NCBI RefSeq assembly: GCF_006345805.1
Contig: NC_043020.1
Span: 21,700,001 to 21,764,000, forward strand
Direction: 5' to 3'
DNA: 64,000 nt
Source of the DNA: Octopus sinensis
Lineage: Eukaryota
Shown in pieces: positions 48,766 to 62,321 of the stretch; position 1 is the first letter of the stretch, and every line of letters begins with the position of its first letter. Below the pieces are notes generated by a model. It made no database searches, had not been told where the DNA came from, and saw only the letters and a list, made by a program, of their open reading frames with translations. The position numbers were made by a program, and so were the translations under genes.

Positions 48766-49000
48766 TCATCATTTAATGTCTTTTCTTCCGTGCATGCATG
48801 GGTGGGATGGTTGACAGCCAGGTAGAAAACTACTCTAAGCTACTGTGTCCATTTCTGCAGGGTTTTTACGGGTGGATGCTATTTCTAACACCAACCACTC
48901 TGCAGAGTGGGCTCAGTGCTTTTTATGTGGCACTAGTATAGGCGAGGTTAGTTTTGGCATGATACTATAGCTGGATGCCCTTCGAAATGCCAACCACTTT
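48766..49000 (-). mobile_element. RTE-A 3'-terminal fragments, tail-to-tail with the preceding copy
   Basis: atcatcatttaatgtc...gggtggatgctatttctaacaccaaccactctgc and a second tagctggatgcccttcgaaatgccaaccac. Confidence 0.7.
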
Positions 49001-51258
49001 ACAATGTTGGCTGGCTGGCATAATCATCAAAATTTAATTATCACACATAGATGCATATCCACATAAACATACATATATTCACATCTACATCTTTCATTAG
49101 CTGTTGATGGCACAAGAAGTGGAAACTGACAATTTGGAATTTGAATTTAATATACCATTTTTTATTAAAAAAGAGGTGTTCAGATAATGAAAGATGGGAA
49201 AAAAGATGAAGGTGCCCTTGGGCAGCATGTTGGTATTGTGGTTAAATTTGAAGTCACTATCTTCCCACATAGCACTCTCTGATCCTTACGTCTAAGTGAA
49301 GTTACACTTAATATTTTATGTTGAGTCTGATGAAGATAAATTATGTGGTACTTCGAGGAATGGAGGTTTGATAATTAGGCTTTATAGGAGTGATGAGTGT
49401 TGAAGAGGGGAGAGGTGCCAGGTACCAAGAGGACAAGTGTGTTGAATTTCCAGAATTTTATAGATATCTTGAATAAATATCATTTTTGTATTGACTGAAA
49501 CTGTATAGAAGTGTGTTAGGTTAAGTCTCCAATTCAAACAACACAACCATATCACACTGATTCTGCTTAAGAACTATGTTAAGCATACACATGTCTAAAA
49601 TGCTGAGCCATTTACACATTAATTTAGGAGCAGGCAATTCATCTTTTAGGTGAATCCTATTTGTTGAATAACAGAAATCCACCATGTGCATGCTTATACA
49701 TGTGTGTGTAGTATTTGAATGTTAAACAATTGCAACCACCAGATATTTGTATTTTTTCATATCCAATGTTGTTCATGCAAAACATCCTTAAGAACCTGTC
49801 TAAGCTTTCAATTTTCTTTCATTTCTTCCTTGTAGAGCACAATAATTGAAGTGTTAAGAATTTATTCGCTTTAAGAGTGAATGAAGTCTATGCCCCTTGC
49901 CTCTGAACTATGACTCTTAAGATATATTTTTTTTCATGGAGCAAGAACTACAGCAAGTCAAGTGATGACAGAATGTATCCTTCTCTCAACTATATTGTTC
50001 TTCAGTGGATTTGAATTTGGAAGTTTTAAATTTATGAAAGTGTTATCAATTACAAGGTACTTCTGGCATGTTTTCCTCTAAATTTCATCTTTCAATTCTA
50101 TTTTCCCAGCTTATCTTTGCAATCATAGTAGTGGTAATTTGGTAAGAGGTAAATTTTCAGTTTAAAAAGAGAGAAAAAAAAAGCTTACTTCTATATTTAG
50201 GATGCTTCTTTTGCTATTTGTATGTTAAAAACATTTTTTCTCTCACAGTTGGATAACTCTCCTGCTAACTGCTGAACCAGATTTAATAGTGGTTTATTCA
50301 GTATTCCATTCTCCAAGTTACTTAAAATGTGAAAGAGTCAGGTTTTGAATAACTGTTGGGATTAATGGAGAATTTTGCTTTTCCCAATAATAGAAACATG
50401 GACCAGCAGACAAAATGGAAAAGATGTTGCCCTGGAAGATAGTGAGGGAAATGCACTGGAACAGCCACTCTGACTCATGGATAGCAATCTGTCTTAATAG
50501 CAATAAGTTGGGATATGGTCCAGGAAGGGAGGAGGGGGCAAGATCCCCAGAGGTCTCAACCATAAACCTGTCGGTTTAATATCCTCTTTACAAGTACTAC
50601 TGAAAGGATATGAACCAACAACGGATCAATATCCCTCAACCACAACTTGGCTTATAAAAAGGACATATAATTTAATCTTGGGTTTCTTGGACATAGGATG
50701 GTCGCAGACAGAAAACCTAACATAAAGCTACCTGTTCAGGATTAACTTGAGGTAAAATAAGTGGCACTTAAAGCTATCAATTACATATATCAATAACAAA
50801 ACAAAAGCAGGGGACCAGCAGAATTGACTTGAGTATTTAGTTGCAAGCTCTTTACCTCCTGAGTTCAAACCCAACTGGGATCAACTTTGCTCTTTGTTCT
50901 TTCAGGCCAACAGAGTATCAAGTATTCATTGGGTGGTATCTTTCACGCCATCAACTCTTCCTTTTTCATCCCACAATTGAGGCCTTCCGCTTCAGATAGA
51001 CACCAGTAAAGTGCTATATTGTAGAAGCAGACTGATTCAACATCTTCACTTTAGTTCCTTCTATGCAGGACAGATGTAAACATCACAACTTGTTATATAA
51101 TCTAATGACAGTAAGGGGTAATCTTCACTATCCACTAATAAAATACCAGATGACAAAGCCAAGCATTTCAACATTGTCACTTATGTAAATTGTATTCTAC
51201 AAAATATTATTTATCACTAACAGAAGAACAAATAAGGCATTTTTTTCCATATTCTCAT

Positions 51259-52387
51259 TTTATTTTTAAATGTTTATTTCAATGAAAGTAAATACAAAAT
51301 AAATAGACTGAATGTAAAGTTCATAAATCAAATACCAAAGATCTAAAAACATTAAAACTGGGAAAAGAAAAAAAAAGAAAAAAAAATATATATACATGAA
51401 ATAACTGATAAAATATGGTATGCTAAGCCAGTCAAAATCCACTGCCTGAACTACTTCAGAACTGCATCAGTTTTGATACAGCAATGAGAGTTCTTTAATT
51501 GATCACAAGTTCATTTTTATTGACCTTCAATAAACATTAAACTGCATGTAAGGGGAAGAGGCATTTATTATTATTATTATTATTATTTTTGAAAACTTAA
51601 ATTAACTGAGTTGGGGAGGGATGTATGAGATTTTAACCCATAAGTATTAATCCAGTTAATTTATTGAAAGTCAACCAAAATTATTCTCATTCATGGCTTG
51701 AAATAGTAAAACCAGGAGGTACCACATTTTATTTTAAATCATAATTTTCAAAAACCATAAAATATATAATATCAGCCCACCCAATTAAATTTTTTTTTCT
51801 TTTTTGTTCTAAAGAATTCAAGCTGCAATAATAAACATGCAACACTAAGTGTAGTCATTTGAGTTGATTGAAAACAGCCATAACAATTAAGACACTCAAT
51901 ACTTGACAAAGCAATTTGCATGCTACAGGCACAATTCAGTGTGTAGTGGTTCTGTTTTAAAACACCAAAAGCAGTCAACATGCACGTGCACACACACACA
52001 CACATATATACACACAAACTAAAAATTTTTTATTTTATAAAATTCAAAACAATATGGCCACCACTGGTTAAAACTAGGTCACACTTTGACCTATATAAAA
52101 TTATTATACAAGGCTAACACTTTTCACAATATTTCAATTAAGAGTTTTTGCAATATTTATAATTATTTTGAACATGTTTAAAATATTACTGCCCACACAC
52201 CTTCATGAAGAAAAAGTGTCAAAGCTTATAAATAATTTGATTTAAAAAATTATATCATGCCATATACAGACTTCAGACCACTTGCTAAAGTACATAAGGG
52301 CATTTTTTATACACATATGTACATGCATATATATATACACATTTGTATATATATATATGCATATATATATATACATATACACACACA

Positions 52388-52436
<49 letters not shown>

Positions 52437-53023
52437 TATATACAGACATGTATATATACATATACGTACATATATACATACACACACAAAATGTATTATC
52501 AAACTAGTTCCTTAAGCTCTGAATACCTATTTGCAAAGAGGCATTCATATTCCTCGAGAGATCAAGGCCTCCTGTCATGTGGCGGGGTGAAGGACAGTGG
52601 GGGGGGGGGGTAAATAAAAATAAAAGTGGCTCCAAGATTTAACCACAATTTTTTTTTTATGATATCAAAATAAATTTGCACAACTCAGCAAGTATTTTAT
52701 TTTGCACATGTGATAAAGAAAGAGTTCAACCTATGCACTTCTGAAGATGACATTTTTATCTTTTTGTCCAAGTACTGTCAGTAAGAACATGTCTGTATTA
52801 AGATTAACACTAGACAAAGTTTTGAAGAGAGTGAAAGGGGAAAAGTTTAGCATACAATTGATAATTAGTTTTTGATTATTAAATAGCCAGGGAAAAATAT
52901 ATATGTAATAATAGTAATCATTCATGATAGAAAAGTTAATAAAATCAAAACAAGATGAATTCTGTAAGGTAAAAAGTACTTATTTGTTACAATAAAACAT
53001 TGAGTGATGTCCCATGAAGAAGG

Positions 53024-53054
<31 letters not shown>

Positions 53055-56000
53055 AATTCCTGGTTGTACATAGTATGTTTTGGTGGACAAGATGAATACA
53101 TTTGCAATGTAGAGAAAACAAAACTAATTGGATTTCTATTTGACAACTTTTATTTCTCAAATTCTCTCATAACAGTTTTTCATTTTTTTTTTCCTTCTTT
53201 GCTTTGTCAATGTCGGCAAAATATCTGTGACAGCCACCTTGTCAAAAAAATGTTGATCTGAGGCACTACAATAGTGTTCTATGCAGGCCACTCCTATAGA
53301 TCCCAAAATGACAACTGCAGGTGAAATTGTGGATATAACGCTTGTGAGAATGAATTGCATTGTTTTCAATAATGAATTCCTGGCTGGTCAGACGGAAATC
53401 CTAAAGGCTTAGCGCCCAATAAAAATAACACTAATATATTTTTTTATAATGTGTTTTTGTATTTAATTTTTTTTCCCCAATGTAAGGAAAACTTGCACTT
53501 CTGTTACATTTGTTCATTTTATTACTCTTCAACCCTCCACACCAGACAGAAGATGACAATATGTACAATAAAATGAATACAGTCATACAAAGTGGGGAGA
53601 GGAGAATTGTAAAGAAAGCAAGCAAGCCAATAATGTGGCTGCTTTGTTTTCTTCAAATCACACAAATCATGAAAATTAAGCTTTCACAATCAATGCATGA
53701 CACTTAGAAAGTAATAATAAAGTTTTTAAAAAAAACCCAAAACATAAGCCTATGTTAACCAGAGATCTGTGAAAGAGAGCATGGTTATACTATCAATTAT
53801 TTTATATTGCAATTGCTGAACAATAATAGTGTCATCAGTTACAGGCTTCCAATGGGCCAATTTTCCCGACAAAGAGGCTATATAAGCTCAACGCGGATAA
53901 ATCAGTAGTTTACTGGTTTTTGAGACAGAATGACTATAAACTCAATGTAGAACAAATCCCGCAAAAAAGACATTGTTCAAGAACACTGGTTCGATGGCTT
54001 TCTTGCTGGTGTTTACATCCTTTGCTGACATACATACATGACAGGCTTTTACAGTTTCTATCAACCAAATCATACATAAAGACTGAGGTTTTGGCAGAAA
54101 ATACTTGCTCAAGGTGTCACATAGTAAGATTGAACCCCAAACCATGATGAAGCCGTGTCTGTGCCACTTGCACAATTTTGATTTTAGCCAGAATTTGGAA
54201 GACTAAGACAAAATATTTCTAAATAACCAATGCAAATGTTTAATTCACAAATTAAACTAAATTGGAAGGAAAAAAAGGGATTACATTGAAGAGAAAAAAG
54301 AAAAGCATTTTTATCTTCCAAAAATTCATTTATTCCCTGCTATATTTACAAGACCATACATACATGTCCATATTTTCACACATTCAAGTAGGGAAACACT
54401 TTAAACTACTCTTTTCAAAATTTATTACAATAAATGAGCAAAACCAATGAAATTTGTCAGAGTACTCCCTCCCATCTATATTAAATGCTCTGAACCTAAC
54501 TGTATAACTTGAATCATCACACAATAATCCTTATCAGAGCATGCCTTAGAAGTTAAAATTAGGCTTTGGAATTAGCTAATATTTCTATGTTGGATTATCT
54601 AAATTGGCAATAAAATTAAAATAATTTATAGTTTGAAGTGTTCGGGGGGGGGGGGGGAAACAAACAAACAAGGAGGGTGAAGAGAGGGGTAAAAAACAGT
54701 GTTCAACATTCAATGGTTTATCAATAAAATTGGCTAAAAATGTAGAAAGTAACAGCAGCAGGATGTCATGAATAAAATCTAGATCAATCTTACAATAATT
54801 TAAAAAACAAATTCTCAAAAGATAAGTTTAAAACATGTCATTACAGAGATATACCAACAGAAAATTTTGAGTTGGAAACTAAGCTGTCAAAGTGTCTAAT
54901 CCAATTAAAAGTTTTATTGCCAATTAGTGCAATTGATGTTTCAGATTCAAATCTAAACATTATAAATAAATATTTAGATATTGAATCTAAAGCTATCTTT
55001 AAGATGAAAATCTAATAAATATTAAATTTGTTTGTTCAAGCAGGAAGTTATATATTTTTTTCTCACAACCAATAGAAGGAACCTGATATTTGTGCATCTA
55101 ATTAATTCCATTCATATAGTAATAATTTTCTTGTTTTTTTCCTTTTTTTAGAAAAATTAATATATTAGTAACACAAGAATCCACAAGATGCTTCCCTACA
55201 TAGCAGCTCATATCACCATGTCCCTTCCAAACAATTCTAGCCTAAAGACTTAGAATTTATATACCTAGTATGCAGAAGATTTCAATATCCCATCCTTTCC
55301 TATACACTCCCAAAATGGACAGCCACAAAATATAGAGAAAAAATTTAAATACTTATATAAATTAGTTCTGATCTTTACAACAGTTTTATACAGTAAAGAT
55401 TAGTTGCCATTAGAAGTGTGTGTTATGGGAGGGAAAGAGAAATTTTCACTTGTATTTTAATTGCCCTAATAATAATCGAATGAAACACTGAATTAAGACA
55501 AAAATTATTGCATATTAACTGTTCAGTTTTGTATATGTACAAAACTGAAGATATCAGAAATAAAAAATTCATCAAGAAACAAATTCATTCTAATTTTTAA
55601 AATAAAAAGTTGAGAAAAAATATATATAAAAAAAAGGGGAAAGAATGAAACATGCAAATTAGAATAGAAATGCATGCTAAATCTGCAGACTATGGATTTT
55701 GTGCGTCTTTTTTATAAAAGTCATCATTGCATAAAAATTGATGCTGTTGGCTGTACTCATCCAACCAACAATTTTATCGGTTTAGACTGAACTTTTATAA
55801 AAGACCTTTCCTTTTTAGAAGGCATTATTATCCTGAACCTTACTGTATGTTTCACTTTACAATATGGAAACATTATTCTGAACTTATTTATTTATACAAT
55901 ATGGAAACGCACTCAAAGAAAGGCACTAATCAGAAACAGCATTGTACATAAAATACTCTCAACAGAATCAGTGAGATATGCTACTAAAGAAATATAGCTT

Positions 56001-57010
56001 TCTCTCCAGACAAAGTACATGAGAATTTGTTTTATAGCTCACTTTTTCATTTGCAAAGGGATAAATAATAAAACAAAAAATAAATAAACATTGCTAATTG
56101 TTCAAGTAAGCATATGATTTCACAATAATTCACAAAAACAAAAAATCAAAATGCATTCGTTAAAAATACTTCCTGAAAGTAAGTGAAATTTAGATAGACC
56201 AAAGAAAAAGTCTTTATTATAAAATGGTTAAGGGCACAGATTTATTTTAAGAAAAATCAAATTCTCTTCTAAAAGCTTTTCCTGCTAGAGATTTTACACT
56301 GCATTGTTCATTAACAATGATTATTTTGAGTATACTTGCCTAGACAGAGACTGATATCAATTACATTTCATGTTAAGGATATCAGCTTCAAACCAATTAT
56401 AATAACACTATTAACAAACAATAAGGAAGGGAATGAAATTTAATTGTTTAACCTACAGGCAATTGTTGCAGCGCTATGCTTTACTTTGTTAGAATGAGAA
56501 GGGAAACAAATTCATTGCAGACCTATCAGATTACAACTTCCTGTAAGGTCAGCAGTGATTAAAGAGCAACAAACATGAATAATGAATTACTTCCTCTGCA
56601 TGAAATGACAATTTTTTTTCTCAAAAACAAAGGAAAACAAAACCTTGAAACCCAAAACCACTGCAAATAAAATAAAAGACTAAGCAGAGGGAGATGAGTT
56701 AAAGTGATTTTTTTTTACTATTGTTTCTTTCTTCTAACATAAACCTTAAATAATAAAAGTATACAGATGTTAATGAAGAATAAACTATTAGAAAATAAAT
56801 AAACAATAGAAATGAACACTAATGAAAAAAAATGATTGGAATAGATACATTTAAAAAGAAAGACTTGTGATGTAAATTTGTGAGGAGTGGGGACTAAATT
56901 GATGCTGCCTGAAGTGTATTGTTCACTTCAAGCTTAGCTTCCTTATTATCTTGGACTGTGTGCCAATCTATAGTGAGTAAAGGCCAAGCAGACAGGACTC
57001 CACAAGTTGC
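51259..57010 (-). other. Putative long 3' UTR of PTP4A/PRL with candidate AATAAA signals at 51273-51278 and 51259-51264
   Basis: AT-rich and nearly transposon-free tract downstream of the stop codon, U-rich on the minus strand. The end point is inferred and there is no transcript evidence. Confidence 0.4.
52300..52490. repeat. Compound (TA)/(CA) microsatellite
   Basis: Direct reading. Confidence 0.9.
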
Positions 57011-57119
57011 TCAGTTGATGCAGCACCGTTTGTGAGAATTCTTCATCTTTAAGCGAGACTTTGGACGGTAATGCTCCAACCACTGCAGCTGTTTTGCATT
57101 GATAGCACCTCTGCGCTTA
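57011..57119 (-). CDS. PTP4A: PRL/PTP4A prenylated tyrosine phosphatase, last coding exon
   Basis: Acceptor tttttag. Reads (T)KRRGAINAKQLQWLEHYRPKSRLKMKNSHKRCCIN*, with a polybasic tail and CaaX-like end; phase matches the previous exon. Confidence 0.95.
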
Positions 57120-58818
57120 CTAAAAATTTAAAGGAGAAAAAAAACAACATTAATTTTGCAGCCAGAATGATATCTTAAGTCGAATAAAAATTATTCAAAA
57201 ATACATATGTTGTATGTCCTCTCCAAAAGTTACACTACACATTACAATGCAAAATGCTATTCTTTCACGATAATTCAAATTTACCTCCCTTGTCAATAAT
57301 AAAAAGGAAAAAGATACTAGATTGGTTTCATCATAATTTAGCAAGGTATTTTTCATCAAAATCACTCAAATATTAAGATCACAAATATTTGTGGCTGCAA
57401 CAGAAGTCAATAGAGTGAAAATAAATGGAAAGAATTCGCCTCTGATAAACATTACAAATGAAAAGCAATTTAACAGAAAAAGTTCATTTATTTAACTAAT
57501 TTTGAGGTATAAAACATTTATGGACAACTAAAAATTCATAAATCTAAAGAAATCCATAGCACATATATAAAGGTTCTCCCAAACCATCTGATCTGAAATT
57601 GCAAGATGAACAAGTACTTAACAACAAGCAATTTGTTGGTCATCGCTAAAACCATTATGCAAATTGGTTCCTAGTTTCATAAGAGATGACAGACTTATTT
57701 TATTCACATTCCAATATAGAGACAATCCTGGTTAGTGATTCTACACAAATTAGAATAAGAGGTAATGGAATTCTGGATAGACAAATATCTACACATAATT
57801 CAAGAGAGATTCTCAAAAGAATTTAAACTAGAAGTTTTAAATCTTAAAATCTTCACTCTCACGCCATACATCGATTAATGGAGATGTGACCTGCAACCAC
57901 AAAAAATTAAGTAATATAGAGCTGAGTCAACTTATTGTTTGAGTATTCAAGTATTTGATATATTATTGAAAGCTAAATTCTTTTTTTGAGTGTGTATCCA
58001 GTAATCGTTTAATATTTAAAAACAGTTAAATTTACTTGCAAAATAGGCATCTGGTTGCAACATCTTAATATGTATTCATCCAACCTGCGCTAACATGGAG
58101 AATCAGATGTAAAACAAAATAACATACATGTATGTTTTCATATTGGCATTTTTTTTATATGCAATATAAGCTAAAAAGTCCAACATAGTGGTTCAACATG
58201 TGAAAACTACTGAAATAACATTCCTTGTTCAAAAACAAGTTTGCCTTCAAGAAAGGCAACTAGTTATAGAATAATGCTTTAAGACTTGACCAACCTATGC
58301 TGGTATGGAAAAGCTGATATGTAAACACTGAAAATTTTAATGGATTAGTTCAGATGAAGTGCAGCACCCACAACCTTTTACTGGGCCTGAGACAGGTGGA
58401 GGAAAGGAATGAAGAAATCACAACTAATTCGTTCTCAGAAGGAAGTAGCACAGATCAAAGACTTGTCCTAATATTTGAAACAGAAAATACTCTTTTTTAA
58501 AGTTACACAAAGAACAAGTGGTGGCATTAAACTATGCAACTAACTGAATAAAGCACACAATAATAAATATACTATGTGTTTCTGCACAGTTTTTAGCTGT
58601 TCCTTCTCATCTTCAAGAATTGGTTTCGAGAGATTATCGAAATTACTTACCCAAGCTACTATGCAATGAGACAATGTGAAACATGGGATTCAGACAATAA
58701 ATTAAAAGAAACAATAACAACCATATATCAAAACAAAACTCAGATGCTAAAAACACAATGAAATACTTCAACTTTCAATGATGATAATAGTAAAAACATT
58801 AAAAAAAAAGTCACTAAC

Positions 58819-58893
58819 GTTCTGATCAGCGCCACTGCATCTTCATATTTCATACCACATTCTGTCAATGCTAGAGCTACTAGTACAGGAGCC
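58819..58893 (-). CDS. PTP4A: PRL/PTP4A internal exon (75 nt)
   Basis: ctttcAG...GTtagt. Reads (R)[24 protein letters not shown](T). Confidence 0.96.
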
Positions 58894-59299
58894 CTGAAAG
58901 AAAATGCAAGTTTGAATAAAAATATGGAAATTTATAAGTAAAAGAGAGCGACTAAAAAAACATTTAAGAGATAAACTTTCTATAAAATTAAATAAATAGG
59001 TTTTCAATTTCCTAGGAATTTATAAGCCTGAGAAACTAAAGTAATCATTTTAACTTCACGTATTCAGTCAACTGCAAGATAGGTAGAGAGAGTAAGGCTT
59101 CTAAACACAGGTCTGTCCTGAAACGATTTCATTAACTTAGTATCTTGATATAAGTGTAGGAGATGAATTAGTCTTTGGCTACTATACAGTACCTTAGTTC
59201 CTTTAAAATTGCTAAGTGGAGAATGAATGTTGACAAAGTTATTGATAGGTAGGTATCACTAAGTGTACATTCAGCTAAGTAAAACTGAGGCCATAAAGG

Positions 59300-59780
59300 T
59301 ATGTATATGTCTCGCCCCACCCCCATCCCTGTGCACAACTGTCCCCTGACAAATTTCTTCCCTACAACCCATCTTCCAACACCTCCCACTTATTGTATTA
59401 CCCTCCTCCCTTTCTTCACAAACCTACCTGAACATAATTTGTACCTGTTGAATTTCCTCCCCTTCCACTGATGCCCTTTTCACTCTTACATGTGCCCAGT
59501 CATCACACTCCACCACCCAGCCCACTTTACTTCCTTGTAACAGATATGCCCACCCCACCATCTCTCTCTCCACCTGAGGCAGCCACCTTTCTCTGTCCAT
59601 CAATTCAACCCCTGCCTCAGTTGAGGAGGTCTTGTCTTTCAAGTTACTTGGTGATCTCATTGCTACTGGTATGTAGAAAGCACCCAGTACACTGTAAATT
59701 GGTTGGCATTAGGAAGGGCATCTGGCCATAGAAACCATGTCAAAGCAGACAGCAAATCTTGGTGGACATTAAATGATATT
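59300..59780 (+). mobile_element. Intronic pyrimidine-rich remnant (possibly PLE-derived) followed by an RTE-A tail fragment (59670-59780)
   Basis: ccatcttccaacacctcccac resembles the minus strand of 7170-7200; aaagcacccagtacactgtaaattggttggcattaggaagggcatct is the RTE tail. Confidence 0.4.
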
Positions 59781-60121
59781 TTGTGAAAGTCAGTATGTGG
59801 AAGACTGCAGCAGTTACCAATCCAATTATATAAGCAGTACTTCATCATAAGAAGTGTTTATGCCTAGTTCATGACTCCAGTATTCCAAAGCTCTGAAGAA
59901 GAAACTTCTTTTACAAGGCAACTGTAGTACTAATTGTACATGAAAAAAGAAAACCACCCATTATTGTCAGGCTTAAAATGTATGTTGTGTGTAGAATTCA
60001 ATGTAAAAATTTGAAATTCTTTTTTATTTAGATCACAGTAACAGAATATCATTTTACTCTAATACAGTATGTAATGCACACATACAGAACAGAGTAATCA
60101 TTGTAGCCTCATATACACATA

Positions 60122-60640
60122 CTGCTGTAAAGCGGGTTCCTCCCACTGGTGTGATGTGTGACTGCCGTTGTACTGTAGCTGTTGTTTTACACTAGTAGCC
60201 ACAATAGTTATTAGTCATTGGATACCATTGTATCTCTTTGTATCAAAATAGTGATACACTAACTACTTCTGTCTTACTATCACTGATAGCTCCACAAGAC
60301 ACCGACTAGAACTGTTGCCTCTTAACTCTCGACTGGTCTATTCATAAACAAGATTTTTGTTTCTTTTCACTCCGTGTAAATTTTTTTTTCCTTATTGCTG
60401 CTGTAGTAAAGTGGGTTCCTCCCACAGGTGTGATGTGTGACTGCCATTGTACTGTAGTTGCTGTTTTACACTAGTAGCCACAATAGTTACTAGTCATCAG
60501 ATACCATTGTATCTCTTCATACCAGAATAGTAATACACTAACTTCCATCTTATTATTGTTGATAGATCCACAAGACACCGACTAGAACTGTTGATTCTCA
60601 ACCCTCTCTTGACACCTAGCTACTGGTCTATTTATAATGG
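60122..60640. repeat. Intronic direct duplication of a ~220-bp unit, period ~279 bp
   Basis: taaag(c/t)gggttcctcccac(t/a)ggtgtgatgtgtgactgcc...ccacaagacaccgactagaactgttg at 60128 and 60407. Confidence 0.9.
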
Positions 60641-60837
60641 CTGACTCCTACCACTTTTTACTGGGAGGGGTATAGTTTCACCATACCACACACACAAATG
60701 CTGGATGTTAAGGACGAATCTTAAAAGCTAGAAAAATTTAGAGAAACTTGGAAAAACTATTACAGTGAAGATGAAAATAGCTATGACAAATGTAGACCAT
60801 AAAAGATAGATTGGGGGGGTTAAAAAAAAAAGCATAC

Positions 60838-60968
60838 CTTCCAAGTCCAGCTACACAGTGTACAGCAACGCAGCAGCCAGGATCTTCTCTGAAACGTGCT
60901 TTTAAAAGATTTAACCAATCATCAATCACATCCATAGGTGGGTGGCTCCCATCATCAAATTTCCAATC
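60838..60968 (-). CDS. PTP4A: PRL/PTP4A catalytic exon (131 nt); upstream exons not found in the window
   Basis: tttacAG...GTatgc. Reads [43 protein letters not shown](R), containing the PRL signature VHCVAGLGR. Confidence 0.97.
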
Positions 60969-61959
60969 CTGTAAAAACGAAAGAAATGTCATTTGTACAC
61001 ATTTTGAACTATTGAAAGGGAGGTAAGTTTGAAGGTTTTGCATGAGCTGGAATGAAATTTTGTAAGATGCAATGATTGTTGGTGTTCATTCAGAGTGTGA
61101 TTTTTACTTATGTCACTTGTCACCTCCCTAGGTAGGATAAACACAGCTAAGTTGATTACAGGTACATGTTGCTACATATATACAGGATATTGATTTCTGC
61201 GCATCAATTTCCTATCTCAGAACTGATTTTGTGCTCTACTGGTCCCTATAACTTGGAGGCTACAAAGTATTACCAAAACTTTTTCTTGGTATGACGAGGC
61301 TAGCATTACCCTGTTGATAAGCATACCTTGTGATTTCATCTCCAATTCCCAACAAAAATTAAAGCAAATATATAATGGGCTTTGATTTTAAGTTCAAAAG
61401 TTCTATGTGGTCCACATCACTATTGCTTAGAATCAACAAATGTCAATGTTTCTTTAGCTTGCTTATACATAGAGATTATACTAAAATATCACTGATTATT
61501 TTCTCCAAATTCAAGTTCTCTCTCTAAATTAATAATAAATAAATTACAGCAGAAAATCAAAGTTTATTGAATAAACAGTATATGATGTAAATAGGCAATT
61601 TTTTTTTTATTGAAAAGTTTCACTTTATTTCCAACACAGACAAAAAGCAATGTCCCTGTTTTGTAGGTAGAGGACCTTTGTGAATTGTGGTTACATGTAA
61701 TTCAGGACCCAGTGACAGCTTTTAGCAGCAACAGTTTAGGAAATGCATTATAAAAATCAATATTCTGCTACAGTCTACACATGAAATTCTTTAACTGTGG
61801 AACAAAACTGAAGAAAATCTATTTTGAGTATACTTACATTTTATAGTTTATAGGGTAATTGAATGATAATTCTTTTTTTAAAATTAAATTTTTTTTCTGA
61901 GGTACAGACGGTTTGATGAAAATTTATGAATGCAGTATTTTATAAACAGATATCCTTCC

Positions 61960-62318
61960 TATCATTAACTCATGTATTTTCCAACAGATGGTTTTATGTT
62001 CAGGTCCACAGCATGGTACATTATGCAAATATCACCAACTACAGCCCCAGGCTGAGCAAAGGCTAGTGGTAGGCAGAACCAGAATGCCCAGTCTGTATGT
62101 GCCTCTTTGTTTTAACACAAGACAAGTGTAAATGTATATCACTGTCATACAAGCAGTGTCATCCATTCCCAACAATATTGTACAAGACTATGTCTGGCCA
62201 CAGGGAAATATCTCACCCAGAAATAGGTGAGGTTTAACAGAAAGGACATCTAGCCATAGAAAAGCTGGCTCAATAAATTCCACTCATCCTATGCAAGAGC
62301 AGATGCTAAAACAACAAT
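61960..62318 (+). mobile_element. Degenerate SINE ending in an RTE-like tail
   Basis: ggttttatgttcaggtccacagcatgg head and gaaaggacatctagccatagaaa...ctaaaacaacaa tail. Confidence 0.5.
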
Positions 62319-62321
62319 ATA

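Noticed and set aside
60738-61043. 101-aa ORF as a complete protein
   Set aside because: Only 60838-60968 is PRL coding; the flanks are intron read-through bounded by canonical AG/GT sites.
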